A DNA stretch of 64,000 nucleotides from Eledone cirrhosa (GCA_964016885.1 CAXHJY010000850.1:14052-78051), one strand, 5' to 3'; shown: positions 30,018-43,452, numbered from the stretch's first letter. Program-made: numbers and translations. The notes: generated by a model not told the origin, from the letters alone.

Positions 30018-30842
30018 ATATCCAGTGCTTTTATCGAGAATGACACAGCTAGAGACTTATAGAATACTTAGCTGTGCTCGACAATGCAAATGGGTAAATC
30101 TCCGGGTAACAAGGTCCGGTGGTGGAGAGAGAGATGTAAGTGGGTGTACGTTGAGATGCGTGGTGTGTATAAGATGTGTGAGATGTGTAGAATGAAGGGA
30201 AGAGTATAAAGGTTAAAATTAAAATCACAACACAAGAGAGAGTTACCTTGGGAGAGATTTAATAGTCCCTATATATTTCGGTTTCACATCCATCAACTGG
30301 GGTTTTTTCCGGGGTGGGGGAAAAGGTTGTCTGTCGGACAAGTCCGGAACGCGTCCTTCGCTGTGTGTTGTTTTGAATATAAAATTCCCGAGTTCGAATT
30401 ACGAACTTACGCTATTCAAAATTGTTCCCGAGATGAGAATGAATGATGTGGAAGCAATTCTGTCCAGTGCCGTGTGCAAAGATAGAAGGCAGAGCCGGAG
30501 AGGTCAATCTGCTACCACTAGAAATAGCAGCAGTCAAAACGACCAAATGTTATCTCGACCAGGGGGAGATTAATAATAATAAAGTATATATCCCTACACG
30601 CAAAATACATATAGGGACACATGTATTATCCAACCATATGCCAATGTGGTTCTATGGCAGGTTATTAAATTAACGAGCCAGAACATATATAATCAAGGTT
30701 TAGCAAATAAGAAAAAGTTTTAAAATAAATTTTTAAAAATTCACACAACCTGCTATGGTTACCTTTACTGTACGGTTTCGAGTCTCAAAAATAAATGGAT
30801 AGTCCTTATGGGCCTCCATTGAAAAGAAAAACTCTCGTCAGA

Positions 30843-30873
<31 letters not shown>

Positions 30874-30959
30874 ATGATATTAAATAAATGATATTAAATA
30901 AATTATATTTATAAAACCATATGTATTCTATTATATATATATTTCAAGGGTACCAAAAT

Positions 30960-32380
30960 TTGGTACGCTATCATCATAAAATACGTAGTGTGTTTTATAA
31001 ATGTTGACATAACCAAGGAGAATATACCTTAACGGTTCAAGTTTACCTTGGATAGTGAAGGAATAAGAGAAGAAAAGTAAGATATTTCAAATTATTAAGA
31101 TGAGTATGCAAATAAAGTTTAGGTAAAAGGGCTGAAAAAACGTTATTTCAGAGGCTATGGAAAATTTAAATGATTATGATAACTTATTGTATGCGTAGGA
31201 AAGAAGAGAAAGGAACAAGAGCTAGCATTTACGTTAATATGGGGGAAAAAGTGGAATACGATTCCAGAGTTTAAATTTAAATTGATTTACCTATATTTTG
31301 AGTTATAATATTGTATATATAATCAATTAGATTATATGAAGAATTATGGGTGTAAGTATTTTTATCTTATTACATTACGATAGGTTATATGTATATAAAT
31401 ATCTATATAGATTAATAATTGCGTATGTATTAGTATTATAGAGATGGAGATAATTTACAATTATTAGTTGTTTATATATCAAATATGCGTTGCGAAGGAT
31501 GTTCATTTTGTATTGTACTTAGAAATAGGTGGTTCAAGTTGTGAGAGTAGAACAAATTGTGGATTCAAAAATTTTGTTCAACATTGATAATGTTTTCAGA
31601 ATATTGTTAATTTCGCGAAGTTATATAGATTATCAAACATAATATGTTTATGTTTGCACGATTGAGAAAGGAAAGATAACTCCAATTTTGTTTATTAACC
31701 GTTAAATTTGATGAGTGATTTACTCGAAAATATATAGAGAAAATTATATATTATTTTGTATGAGATCAATTATGAGATCAATTATTTCAGTCGAAAGATG
31801 TGTGAATATTTGAATAACAAAAAGAGAGAGAGGAAAAATTTAATGTGCTTTTCGAAGAACTATCGTAAAGAGGATACATTTTCAGAATGTCATTTAAAGA
31901 TTATCAATCTATATCTAAAAAATATATTTAGAGGGGTGTCCTTAGAAAAATAATGTCAGAATTAAAATATTAAATATATATATTAAAAATATTATAAATA
32001 TCAGAGATATTAAAGAAATTTAGAAATATTAAACATATTAAAAAAATATTAAAAATATTAACAAAATATACATTTAAATTTAAAAAAAAGGTAGGATCAT
32101 TTTGAAGGTTTATAGGAATATTGTAACTTAAAAATAGTTCTGAACGTCGAATTTTGGCGATGTCTGCAAGAAGAAAATAACTCTGTTTTGAGATTAATAG
32201 AGATTTGACAGTTAATTATATAAAAAATTTCTTCGATACACAATTTACAGAATCTTGATAAGCCCATATTTCGGTATGCATAGAATAAATATGGTTTTAT
32301 AAATATAGTTTCCATTCATTTAATATCATTGTATATTATACTCCAGAAAACTTGTCGAGTGCTCTGAATCGGTTATAAAC
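30960..32380 (-). mobile_element. Possible highly degraded LINE RT/C-terminal remnant
   Basis: Scattered fragments such as NCQISINLKTELF, MNILRNAY and KLWNRIP in the expected order; many stops. Confidence 0.3.
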
Positions 32381-32480
32381 ATTTATATTTGTTGAATTAC
32401 CAACAAATTGAATATCTCTTCTGCTTATATATATATATATATATATATATACGTATATATATATATATGTATATATATGT

Positions 32481-32544
<64 letters not shown>

Positions 32545-33688
32545 ATCAAAGATTATCTTACTTTTCACTGGTTTCCGATCAAGATCGATTATGTTAATCA
32601 ATATTTACAAGGTTTATGTTACTACGAAATTATATCAGATTGTTGGACGTGTGTGTGTGTCTCATCGAAATTTCGATACGATTATATAACTATGTATGTA
32701 CGCACATTTACATATGTATATATATATACACACACAAACACACACACACACACATGTATATATATATAAATATAGATACATATTTATATTCATATCTATC
32801 TCTATATATATATATGAAAATATATATATTTGCATATGTATATAAATATATATATACACACGCACACACATATATATATATACTTATATGTATTCAGATA
32901 TATATATTCATACATATATTTATACATATATCTATATCTATATATATACTTATATATATTTATACATATATATATTTACTTATATATATACGTAAATATA
33001 AATTATATATATATATATATATTATATATATATATATATATAAATTATATATATATATATAAATTATATATATACATATATATTTTTATACATATATATA
33101 TATTTATATATATATATGTGTGTGTTTGTGTCTGTATGTATGTGTGTCTACATCTATTAATAATATTTAAATAAAAATATATCGATATCTCCAGATAAAT
33201 TTCAATTCTTCTTTCCTTACTTTCCTCAATCCGTTATAATCAATTACACCCGACTTAGAACTTGCAATGGCGACTTCCGTGTCTTTCTCTAATTTATCGG
33301 CGATACCAGAGAAAGGTGCATGAGGAAATATCAACACCATTAACTAGAAACCCAACTTAAAAGACTGAAGATTATTTTATTATGTGAAATTATTTAAATA
33401 ATTATTTCTAAAAAGCAGAATCCACAATCGATGAACCTTTATTAAAAGTCTAAGCCTTTTATCAAATGTGATTCTCAAACATTGCACGTGACTTCGCGCG
33501 CATAATTATTAAAATATATTTGATTTTTTATTATAATTCTAATTTTTTTTCATTGAAATAATGTCAAGTGTTTTATAATCGTGCTATAAAAGAAGGACCA
33601 TGGGGTGTGTGCTTGTGCAAATGTGGTGATGATGGTGGAGGTAGGGAGAGAAGAGGGAATTTGGAAAATATTGGAGTGAGAGTAATCA

Positions 33689-34283
33689 ATAATAATTGTT
33701 TCTACTTTAGGCACAAGGCCAGCAATTATCCAGTGTATTACTGCTATTTTATTTTATCGACCCTGTAAGAATGAAAGGCAAAGTTAACCTCGGCGGGATT
33801 TGAACTCAGACCATAAAGGGCCGTAACTCTTTGCTGCAAAGCATGGCGTCCGACCCTCTACCGATACTGCCAATCCACCAATAATAATTGTTTCTACTTT
33901 AGGCACAAGGCCAGCAATTAACCAGTACATTACTGGTACTTTATTTTATCGACCCCGTATGGATGAAAGGCAAAGTTAACCTCGGCGGGGTTTGAACTCC
34001 GACCGTAAAGGGACGTAACTATGCTGGAAAGCATGGCGTCCAACCCTCTACCGATACTGCCAATTCACCGCCAATCCACCAATAATAATAACATTGGTTT
34101 CTAATTTAGGCACAACGCCAACCATTTTGGGGGAGGGGAATGTCGATTAAATCGACCCCAGTGCGTTACTGGTGCCTTATTTTATCGACCCCGTAAGGAT
34201 GAAAAGCAAAGCTAACCTCGGCGGGATTTGATCTCAGAACGTAAAGGGACGTAAATCTATGCCGAGATGCATGGCGTCCAACA
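33689..34283 (-). mobile_element. Three head-to-tail SINE family A copies
   Basis: Units at ~33689-33879, 33880-34071 and 34081-34283 (the third is a longer variant), separated by AAT tails. Confidence 0.88.
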
Positions 34284-34477
34284 TGGGCATTTTATTAGTC
34301 ACAGAGAGCTTACATTAAGAAGACAAATAGGACGGTATATTGTGAGTATTTTGTGTGAAAGAATGGTTTATAAATAAAACTAAAAAATAAGCATTTAAAA
34401 ATAAAACATAAATTCCCCAAAAGTGGGGGTAGCTCCGAGCGTCACTCATGAAGAAGCCCTCAATAATAATAATAATA

Positions 34478-34718
34478 AACTGATTAGTTTGGAAAGGAAT
34501 GGCGCGCCCTCCCTGCGTGATCTTGGAAAGTTGAGTGGTGTAAGATTGCTCGGGTTCCTAAGTCGTACCTGTAGTAGTACCCCACTATTTGAGAATTTCA
34601 TTGTTATATTTATTGTTGTTATATTCTTTTTGTACCCGACGTTTTGTAAACCCCACTCTCCCTGTTTTTTGTATTGTCCCCTATATGTTGGCCCTTGTTG
34701 TCAATGATAACAATATAA
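34478..34718 (+). mobile_element. Probable L1/Tx1-like 3'UTR fragment (different subfamily)
   Basis: Layout similar to 9270-9500 (GGAAAGGA...TTGTAAACCCC..TGTATTGTCCCC..GCCCTTGT..AAT), flanked by (AAT)n. Confidence 0.45.
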
Positions 34719-34918
34719 TAAGGCTTTCTGATTTAGACACAAGTCCAACAATTTCGGGCGAGGGAAAAGTCTATTAAATCGACCCCAGTACGTTACTGGT
34801 GTTTATATCTTATCAACCCTGTAAGGATGAAAGGCAAAGCAAACCTCGGTGGGATTTGAACTCAGAGCGTAAAGGGGTGCAATTCCATACCATGTAGCAA
34901 GGTGTCCAATCCACCACC
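34718..34918 (-). mobile_element. SINE family A, older variant
   Basis: TACTGGTG..TTATCAACCCTGTAAGGATGAAAGGCAAAG..CCTCGGTGGGATTTGAACTCAGA. Confidence 0.8.
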
Positions 34919-35724
34919 CATCCACTATGGATGTAAAAATGGAAATGAGAATATTAACTGTAATACTGGTAATAATCTTTAAAAAAAATTGATTAAAAGA
35001 CACCAATCGTCTTAGAACTTGAAATAATAAATAAAGAAACAAACACTAACAAGGGTGGGGTAGGGTGGACTGCTTACTCTCCATCCCATAAAAATATATT
35101 CTAGGGAAGAGGAAATTATACAAAGGAGAGAAGCAGATATTTTTCTATTGATTTTCAACAACAAATTGCTTCAGATTCTATTCCAGTTCACTCCCACCAT
35201 CTCCCCTTCTCGCATTCTTCACCCATTCACTCCTTAGATATCTACCTACATATCACTAGCTCCCTCTCTTTCTCTCTCCCTGTCTCTCTCTCTCTCTCTG
35301 ACTATTCCATTTTTTTTCTTTGTTCTCTTAAGTGGCACACGTGCGTAAAACCAAACCGTGCACAATCGATATTATTCGTTGTGAGGTTTTGATCATTCAA
35401 AAAATCATATTTTGCAAGCAGACATAAAGATTTATTTCCCAACGGAAATTCCTTTCTGTTGCTATTTTAGCCTATCCTATTCTCTTACTCCCCCTGCCAC
35501 TCCCTCGGCTCCCTCGCCGCCACCACCACCATACCTCCACTGCAAACTATTAAAACGAGTCAATAGTATAGAGGCTTTCTAAAGATCACACACAATACCT
35601 TCAAAACAATCATATGCTATAAAAACACAATATGTTGTTGTTGTCTAATTATTCAGATACGACAGTTGCTGTTGTTGTTTGTGAACATCTTGTACTGGAG
35701 ATGAGAACATCCATGAGAGTTTCC

Positions 35725-36215
35725 CTGTTGTTGTACTATAGACTAGGCCGTACTGGAACTCCGTTTATTGTTGAACTTGAGCTGGGTGCATACCAAAGTC
35801 CTCTTATGCATGCCCAAGTCTTCTCTATTGTAATTAAGATGAGTGCATATCTAAGTTCTCTTTATTGTACTTGAGCTGGGTGCATACCAAAGTCCTCTCG
35901 TGCATCCCCAAGTCCTCTCTAGTGTACTTAAGCAGGGTGCATGCCTAAGTCATCTCTAGTGTACTCAAGCAGGGTGCATGCCTAAGTCTTCTCTAGTGTA
36001 CTCAAGATGGATACATACCCAAGTCCTCCCTATCGTACTTCAGATGGGTGAATACCAAAGTCCTCTCCATTGTACTTTAGATGAGTGAATACCTAAGTCC
36101 TCTCTATTGTACTCAAGATGGGTGAATAGCTAAGTCCTTCCTATTGCTGTACTATAGACGGGGACATGCTGGAGCTACATCTATTGTTGTATTCAAGATG
36201 GGTGCATGCCTAAGC
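35725..36215. repeat. 37-bp minisatellite (~11 diverged units)
   Basis: Unit ~GTACTCAAGATGGGTGCATACCTAAGTCCTCTCTATT; starts at 35961 and 35998. Confidence 0.85.
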
Positions 36216-36223
36216 AATTTCTT

Positions 36224-36610
36224 TGGCAGTATCGGTAGAGGGTCGGATGCTATGCTTTGACGCATATAGTTACGGCCCTTGCCATTCTGAGTTCGAATCC
36301 CGCCGAGGTTAACTTTGGCTTTCATCCTTACGGGGTCGATAAAATAAAGTACCAGTACTGCACTGTGTTCAATTTAATTGGCTTTTCCCTTGTACCAAAA
36401 ACTCCTGACCTTGTGCTGTAAATGAGATACCATTAATTAGTAATAGTACTCGCACAATTGTTTGTACAATACACCTGGTAAATCTTTAGACGAATGTTAT
36501 ATAACCTCACGACAATTATCTTACCAGTAATGCACTGGGGTAGATTTAATCGACTTTCCGCGTCCTCCTAAAATTGCTGGACTTGTGCTATAATTCAGAA
36601 ACCATTAATT
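36224..36610 (+). mobile_element. SINE family A variant plus duplicated 3' part
   Basis: TGGCAGTATCGGTAGAGGGTCGGA...GTCGATAAAATAAAGTACCAGT; the tail and flank are repeated at 36522-36690. Confidence 0.8.
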
Positions 36611-36998
36611 ATCAATAGTCCTCATACAATTGTTTATATACTACACCTGGTAAATCGTAAGATAGAGTTATATATCCTCACAGCAATTATCTGTAATTTA
36701 CACCAAGAACTACAAAGGTTTGTTTTTACATTTGAAATTTCACAGGTTTCGTTTGACTTGTCAATTAAACGTATTTTATCTTCAAATTCTCTGATTCTCA
36801 ATTACAAACATAACCTCTGTAAACTTAAGATAATTAGTTACAAATGATTAATTTCCTGTAGGAATCAAATGATGTGAGTGGTGTTAATATATAGCAGATA
36901 TATATATATATATATATTCTAATTGTTTCATGTTATTTATTTTTGTAAACTTTGCTCTGCATATGTATGATTGGCAGAGTTGCTTGACGAAGTCATTA

Positions 36999-37342
36999 CC
37001 GTATTTGCCGGCGTATTAGACCCCCCCCCCCCCAAGCATATAACAATTCTTGCCTGCATCCAGTAAGCCATTATCACCGCTGGGAGACCGAACGGAGGGT
37101 GGGGACAATCATGGTTTAAAAAATATAGTTTGTATTACTATTAGTATTAATTATACAGTAATACGATGCAATTTATATAAGTAAAATGATGTCGAACTTA
37201 TTAAAGTTTTTAAAAACCCAATCAAATAATTTTAAATAAATTTATAAAGAAATATTAAAAAATTTTTTTTTTCCTCAAAATGTCCTTGTAAAACCAAGGG
37301 GCGCCTTATACGAACGGAGGCCCAATAGGCCAGCAAATACGA
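36999..37342. mobile_element. Tc1/mariner-type MITE
   Basis: TA|CCGTATTTGCCGGCGTAT ... ATAGGCCAGCAAATACGA|TA: imperfect TIRs with TA target duplication. Confidence 0.65.
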
Positions 37343-37359
37343 TATATTATAGAAGTATG

Positions 37360-37636
37360 TTCGGCCAATGGATCGAACAGGCTGCTCGCGAAATGAACGT
37401 GCAAGCGGCTGAGTATTTAAAAGACACGTGCACTCAAAATGTAGTTCTCAGGAAGATTCAGCATGATGCAGTGTTTTACAAGGCTGCCATGTTGAATGAC
37501 AAATACTACTAATTTTTCTCCCTTGAGTGTACTGGAACAATGCGAAGTAAAAAGTCTTGTTCAAACACACAACACGCAACGTGCTGTTGGGGATCGAACT
37601 CACAGCCTTACGATCGTGAGCTGAACTCCCTAACTA
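37360..37636 (-). mobile_element. Degenerate SINE (family B-related)
   Basis: TGAGTGTACTGGAACAATGCGAAG..GTCTTGTTCAAACACACAAC..GGGATCGAACTCAC..CGATCGTGAG. Confidence 0.65.
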
Positions 37637-38873
37637 AGTTATTTGTTTTCGCTATGAAATAGCTTGTAGCACTGTTTTATTAAGGGCTGTGTGTAATATT
37701 ACTGGAGTGATGTAAAGGTAGACGATGTGAAAACAGATGAGGAGAAGGTAAAGCTAGAAGAAAACAGATAAGAAGAAGCAGGAGAAAATGGAGAGAAGGG
37801 GAAGGCGAAGGTGTGAAGAAGTGGTAGACGAAGTGTGAAGCGAATGAGCGAAAGTAGTGGGAGGCGAGTATTAGGGGTTCTGTGTAATATTCCTGGAGTG
37901 GACGAAGAGAAAAGAGATGAGGCGGGGGTGGGGGTGAGGAAAAGGTTGAGGAAGAAGGAGAAGTGGAAGGCGAAGGTGCGAAGAGGCGTGTGGGCGTGAG
38001 AAGAAAAAAGTGGCGTGAAGGAAAAAAGAAAAGCGAGTGAACGAATATATAGGAGACGAAAGTGCGAAGAAGTGGGGGTGGGTGGGTGGGTTCGATGTTG
38101 TTGGAATCGAAGGAGTGAAGAAATGGGAGGGAAAAGAGAGGTGGAAAAGGGAGAAGTATGAAAAGGGAATAAAAAGTAAGAATGCTAGTCCAGAAGACTA
38201 CAATGTGTGTTGAGGAAAAAAAGTGAGAAACGCGTAACTGAAGAGAAGTTGAATTTATTTTAAACATTTCAACAACTTGTAACGTTCGCATGTTGAACAT
38301 GAAGCAAGAACGCCATGGCTGGGAGGAATCTCTCACTTAGTGTAGGAAATATTGAAACGTGTGGTGTTAACACTATTGACAAAGGTTCCTGCAATTGAAC
38401 TGACACATCGCCTGTAAATACTCCATAGTTTGTTGTGTAGTTACTCACTTTTAAAACCTGTTCACCGGGTCATTGACATGCAACACAAGAATACCTGAAT
38501 TGTTGTCGAAAATTTCACTTGATTAAGCAAACACTATGAAATCGATACAACGCCTCATCTCACGCTTTTATTGTTCGATATTGGCAAGCTATCAATCTTA
38601 GAATTAAGTAGGAGGTCCGTCTTAATGTGATAGCCACAGATCAGCACTGTAGCCAGACTGTAAAAGTTCGCTTATCAACATTGTAACATCACAATCTAAC
38701 ATTTATCAAGATGGAAATGTCGTCGTTTATTCTCTTCTCTCTCGTTCTGTTATGGATTGTATTATATTTATTATTGATATATATATTTATATATTATACA
38801 TTTATATTTATATAATATAAATGTATTGTTATATATTATAGATGTGTATATAAATATATATTTTATATATATA

Positions 38874-38905
<32 letters not shown>

Positions 38906-38983
38906 TATACATTTATATTTATATAATATAAATGTATTGTTATATATTATAGATGTGTATATATATATATAAATATATATATA

Positions 38984-39029
<46 letters not shown>

Positions 39030-39031
<2 letters not shown>

Positions 39032-39272
39032 TATCTATCTATCTAAGGCGGGTAAAATTCCCGAGATCCATGGACGAGTTCTCTCCAGCGGTCTCTGTCC
39101 CTCATTATCGATGCCATATCCTGCATCTCCAACAGACCAGTGTCTGTCCTTAGGGCATCAACATATGTTAACCTTGGTCTTCCTCTTCTAGTGTGTCCAT
39201 GTAGGGGCTCCCAAAGGAGCACTGAGTGCAATGTCAACTCTGGATGTCGGTGAGCATGTCCAGCCAACCTCA
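39030..39272 (-). mobile_element. RTE-clade LINE 3' fragment
   Basis: RLAGHAHRHPE...LLWEPLHGHTRRGRPRLTYVDALRTDTG...MRDRDRWRELV; (TAGA)n tail. Confidence 0.8.
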
Positions 39273-39504
39273 GTATATATATAATATATATACAAACATA
39301 TATATATATTATATATGTATTTATATTTTATATATATATATATATAACAAAGGAATTGTGGTAAGCAACCAGATGGACCCTAACGCACCAGAGTACTCAA
39401 TACTTAGGGTAGTAGTGGGAAATAGGAAAATATGACCCCGACGGCAGAGCTCAAGCCGTTTCGACGGCTACTTCTGGACTACTATACTAATAGTAGTCAT
39501 GCTT

Positions 39505-39551
<47 letters not shown>

Positions 39552-39704
39552 ATTTATATATAATATATCAACATAAACATATATATATATATATATTATA
39601 TATGTATTTATATTTTATAGTTATATATTATATATAGATATATATATACACAGAGTTATCCACGGTAAGTTGTGGGGTCTAGTCTGCATGAATATATATC
39701 TGCA

Positions 39705-39739
<35 letters not shown>

Positions 39740-39877
39740 GATCTACATATAGATATATATATTATATATTTATTTATATATATTTATATATTTATATATA
39801 TATAATATATATGTCATAAATTTCGTTGTGAATTATTCTTTCTCTCGTCTACTTTGAAGGACACACACACACATGTA

Positions 39878-39949
<72 letters not shown>

Positions 39950-39970
39950 TACACACACACACACACACAT

Positions 39971-40010
<40 letters not shown>

Positions 40011-40199
40011 ACACACACTCACACACATGTACACACACACACTCACACACACATGTACACACACAATTACACACACCTTGATATATATATTTCAAACAAA
40101 AGTAAACCTGTAAAATGTTCGGAATGAAATAAAATTAACTGCTCTAGATTCCAGCTAACAAATCGTTTTATCTACAACTGGGCTACATCATTCCCCGGT

Positions 40200-40238
<39 letters not shown>

Positions 40239-40596
40239 CGTGTGTGTGTGTGTGTGTATATATATATGTGTGTGTGCGTGTGTGTATATACATATCTATG
40301 TATGTATGTGTATATATATATATAGGTATATCTATGTATGTATGTATATATATATATATATATATACAATATTAAATAAATGGAAACTATATTTATAAAA
40401 CCATATTTATTTCATTATATATATTTCGGGGATATCATATTAACAATATGCTATGCCTTCCTCAGACAAAATACAATATAAACAGTTTTATAGATAAATA
40501 GATTCGACATACCGTTATAACACCGACTTGCATTTGAAGAGGTTAAGCTGGCTGCCAGCATATATATATATATATATATATATATAAATGCATACA

Positions 40597-40637
<41 letters not shown>

Positions 40638-40887
40638 GCATACATGCATATATATATATATAAATGCACACATGCATATATATATATATATATATATATC
40701 ACATTTTTTTTATTTGTTTGACCCGAATTACTTGGTCGTCTCAGTGTGTTTGGCCTTGAACCTATGTTGTAGCTCTGGTTCGTCAGAATTATTGAGCGCT
40801 TGCCACACATCTCGGAAGTTATTTTTCGCTAATTCCAAAGCCGAAATACGATTCTCGCTAATTTATATTTGTATATATACTATATAT

Positions 40888-41140
40888 GTGGAGGCACGTG
40901 GCCTACTGGTGAGAGTGTTGGACTTACGATCATAATGTCGTGGGTTCGATTCCTGGGCTGCGTGTTGTGTTCTTGAGCAAGACACTTCATTTCACGTTGC
41001 TCCAGTATCCTCAGCTAAAAAGGAGTACCAGCAACAGCTGGCGTCCTCTACGGGGGGGGGGGGTCTTGTACCCCCAGTCGCTTCACGCTATGAAACTGGG
41101 ATAAGCACCGACCAAATGAGCCTTCTGGCTTAAGACAAGC
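40888..41140 (+). mobile_element. SINE family B, full length
   Basis: GTGGAGGCACGTGGCCTACTGG...GGTTCGATTCC...; homologous to 16826-17095. Confidence 0.88.
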
Positions 41141-41172
41141 TTTAGACTTTTAGATACTATATATATATATAT

Positions 41173-41773
41173 ATGGTGGCTGCCAACTCGTTTTCGAGTA
41201 CGGCCACTACTTTATATCCATGTAGGAGAACCCCTACCGATGCGCTGAACGTGTGTGACTTTTTAGTCCAGCCAGCGACTTGAAAACTCTGGTACAAACA
41301 CTACACTTGTGATAATCATTGACACATAGTGCCGGTCCCATGTGACGACAAGTGCAGAGAGATCTCCAGATATAAAGCAATGCCTGTGCCATGAAGCTTT
41401 TATAGTGAGCAAAGGCAGTGCACAAAGCCAGTCCCACTCTCTTGACCAAGATGATATTTACCAAACAGAAGAACAAGTCAACATCATTGGATACCATCAG
41501 AGTTGCAGGTGTTATATCAGAGTTTTTCTTCTCCTAGAATTCTGCCTTGACAAAGGCTAAGGGGTCATCTCTCCCGGTGATTTTGGATGGCCATTGACTC
41601 TTAAGAGCTCCTTTGCCCCTTGACAGGTTGTGTCAGGTCACCAGTTGGTGCTTCTGGTAACATGTATCCCAGTACAACCTGTCTCATGGTCGGGTCGTTG
41701 GCGACTAAACTGGCAACCCCACCAAGGTTTCTTGGTGAGGAGGGTGCCTTTGGACATCCTGCAGGACTAAAAA
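41173..41773 (-). mobile_element. Short RTE-derived non-autonomous element with inverted 5' 145 bp
   Basis: 41173-41629 is the reverse complement of 59812-60245, while 41628-41773 matches 59663-59808 directly. Carries a C2H2 remnant [22 protein letters not shown]. Confidence 0.8.
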
Positions 41774-41925
41774 AAAAAATATATATATATATATATACGT
41801 GTATATTTATACGTATATTTGTATATATGCATTTATACACACACACACACATATATATGTATATATATAGTCCACATATGTCTATATAACAGCACATATC
41901 TCACATTATATTTAGTTTATTATTA

Positions 41926-42121
41926 AGGGCGGTGGATTGGCAGTATCGGTAGAAGGTCGGACGCCATGCTTCGACGCATAGAGTTACGGCCCTTGCCATT
42001 CTGAGTTCAAATCCCGCCGAGGTTAACTTTGCCTTTCATCCTTACGGGGTCGATAAAATAAAGTACCAGTAATGCACTGGGTAATTTGCTGGCCTTGTGC
42101 CAAAAGTAGAAACAATTATAT
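41926..42121 (+). mobile_element. SINE family A
   Basis: Matches the family consensus; flanked by the direct repeat ATTATATTTAGTTTATTAT. Confidence 0.9.
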
Positions 42122-42227
42122 TTAGTTTATTATGTGTTATTCACATTGAATATTTATAACACCAGTTTTGCACGATATTTCTTCTTCTTGAATTAATTAT
42201 ACGGTAGAAGATAAATTCACATCTTCT

Positions 42228-43140
42228 CACACACACACACACACATACACACACATTCGCCCCCCCCCCCCCCACACACACATTCGCCCACACACAGATG
42301 CACACACACTCTCACTGACACTACACATCTTCTCACAGACACACACATTCACAAATAACACACACACACATTCACAAATAACACACACACACACAGATGC
42401 ACACACTCTCACATACACGACACACACATTTGCACACACACACACACAGATGCACATACACACTCACACACACTACACACCTTCTCAATAGACACACACA
42501 CACAGAGATGCACATTCACACACACACACACACACACACAGATCCACATACTCTGACACGCACTAAACACCTTCTTACAGACGCACACGTACATTCCCAC
42601 ACACACAAATGCACATTCACACACACTATACACCTTCTCATACACACACGCAGGCATACACACACCGATGCACACACACACCGATGCACACACACACACA
42701 CACACACTACACTACACACCTTCTCACAGACGCACACGTACATTCCCACAGACACATGCACATTCACACACACACTATACACCATCTCATACACACACGC
42801 AGGCATACACACACAGTTGCACACACACTACACACCTCTCACAGGCGCACACACACGCAAGCATACACACATGTAGATTCACATACCCTACACACGTTTT
42901 CACAGCCACACTCACACACACGCAAGCATAGACACTCACTCATCTCACATGCACAGATATGCGCAGGCATACACACACACACACTCACACACATTACACA
43001 CACAAACTCACACACATGATACAGTCAATGCATACATACACACACACACACACATACACACACACACTCACCCACCCATACAAATATTCCAATTTGGAAA
43101 TACAATATTTATGAGAAAACACACACACACGCACACACAA

Positions 43141-43171
<31 letters not shown>

Positions 43172-43235
43172 CACGCACACACACACACACACACACACAT
43201 ATACCCATACACACACACACACACGCGTGCACACT
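42228..43235. repeat. Degenerate (CA)n-derived repeat
   Basis: Direct inspection. Confidence 0.9.
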
Positions 43236-43452
43236 CTTTATATCACTACACACATCTATCTGGCCCAAAACTTCAAATATGGAACAGGTGATAATATCAC
43301 AGATGACGATATTTTATAAATTTACCATTAAAAGCTGGCAGTTGTTTAAATATCGGTAGGGTACCCCTATCTTCTATGAAATATAGTTCTGAAGAGGCAT
43401 GGCTTGGTGGTTAGTCTCTTTGATTCATGATTACCTTGTTGTTCGATTTGAC

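Larger units (their letters stand above)
29234..30076 (-). repeat. 310-bp tandem repeat x2.7, identical copies, one hammerhead per unit (retrozyme-like / tandem Penelope pLTR)
   Basis: CATAGAATATTCG begins at 29241, 29551 and 29861; no differences seen between units. Confidence 0.92.

Noticed and set aside
37680-38336. 218-aa minus-strand ORF
   Set aside because: Low-complexity purine-rich tract giving F/S/P/L-biased translation, with no domain motifs.
38336-38495. Two small minus-strand AG..GT exon-like segments
   Set aside because: One has stops in all frames and the implied intron is only ~35 nt; no recognisable homology.
39434-39480. Minus-strand GAAACGGC..GCCGTC hammerhead half
   Set aside because: The CUGANGA box is degenerate (CAGAAGU) and there is no stem II.
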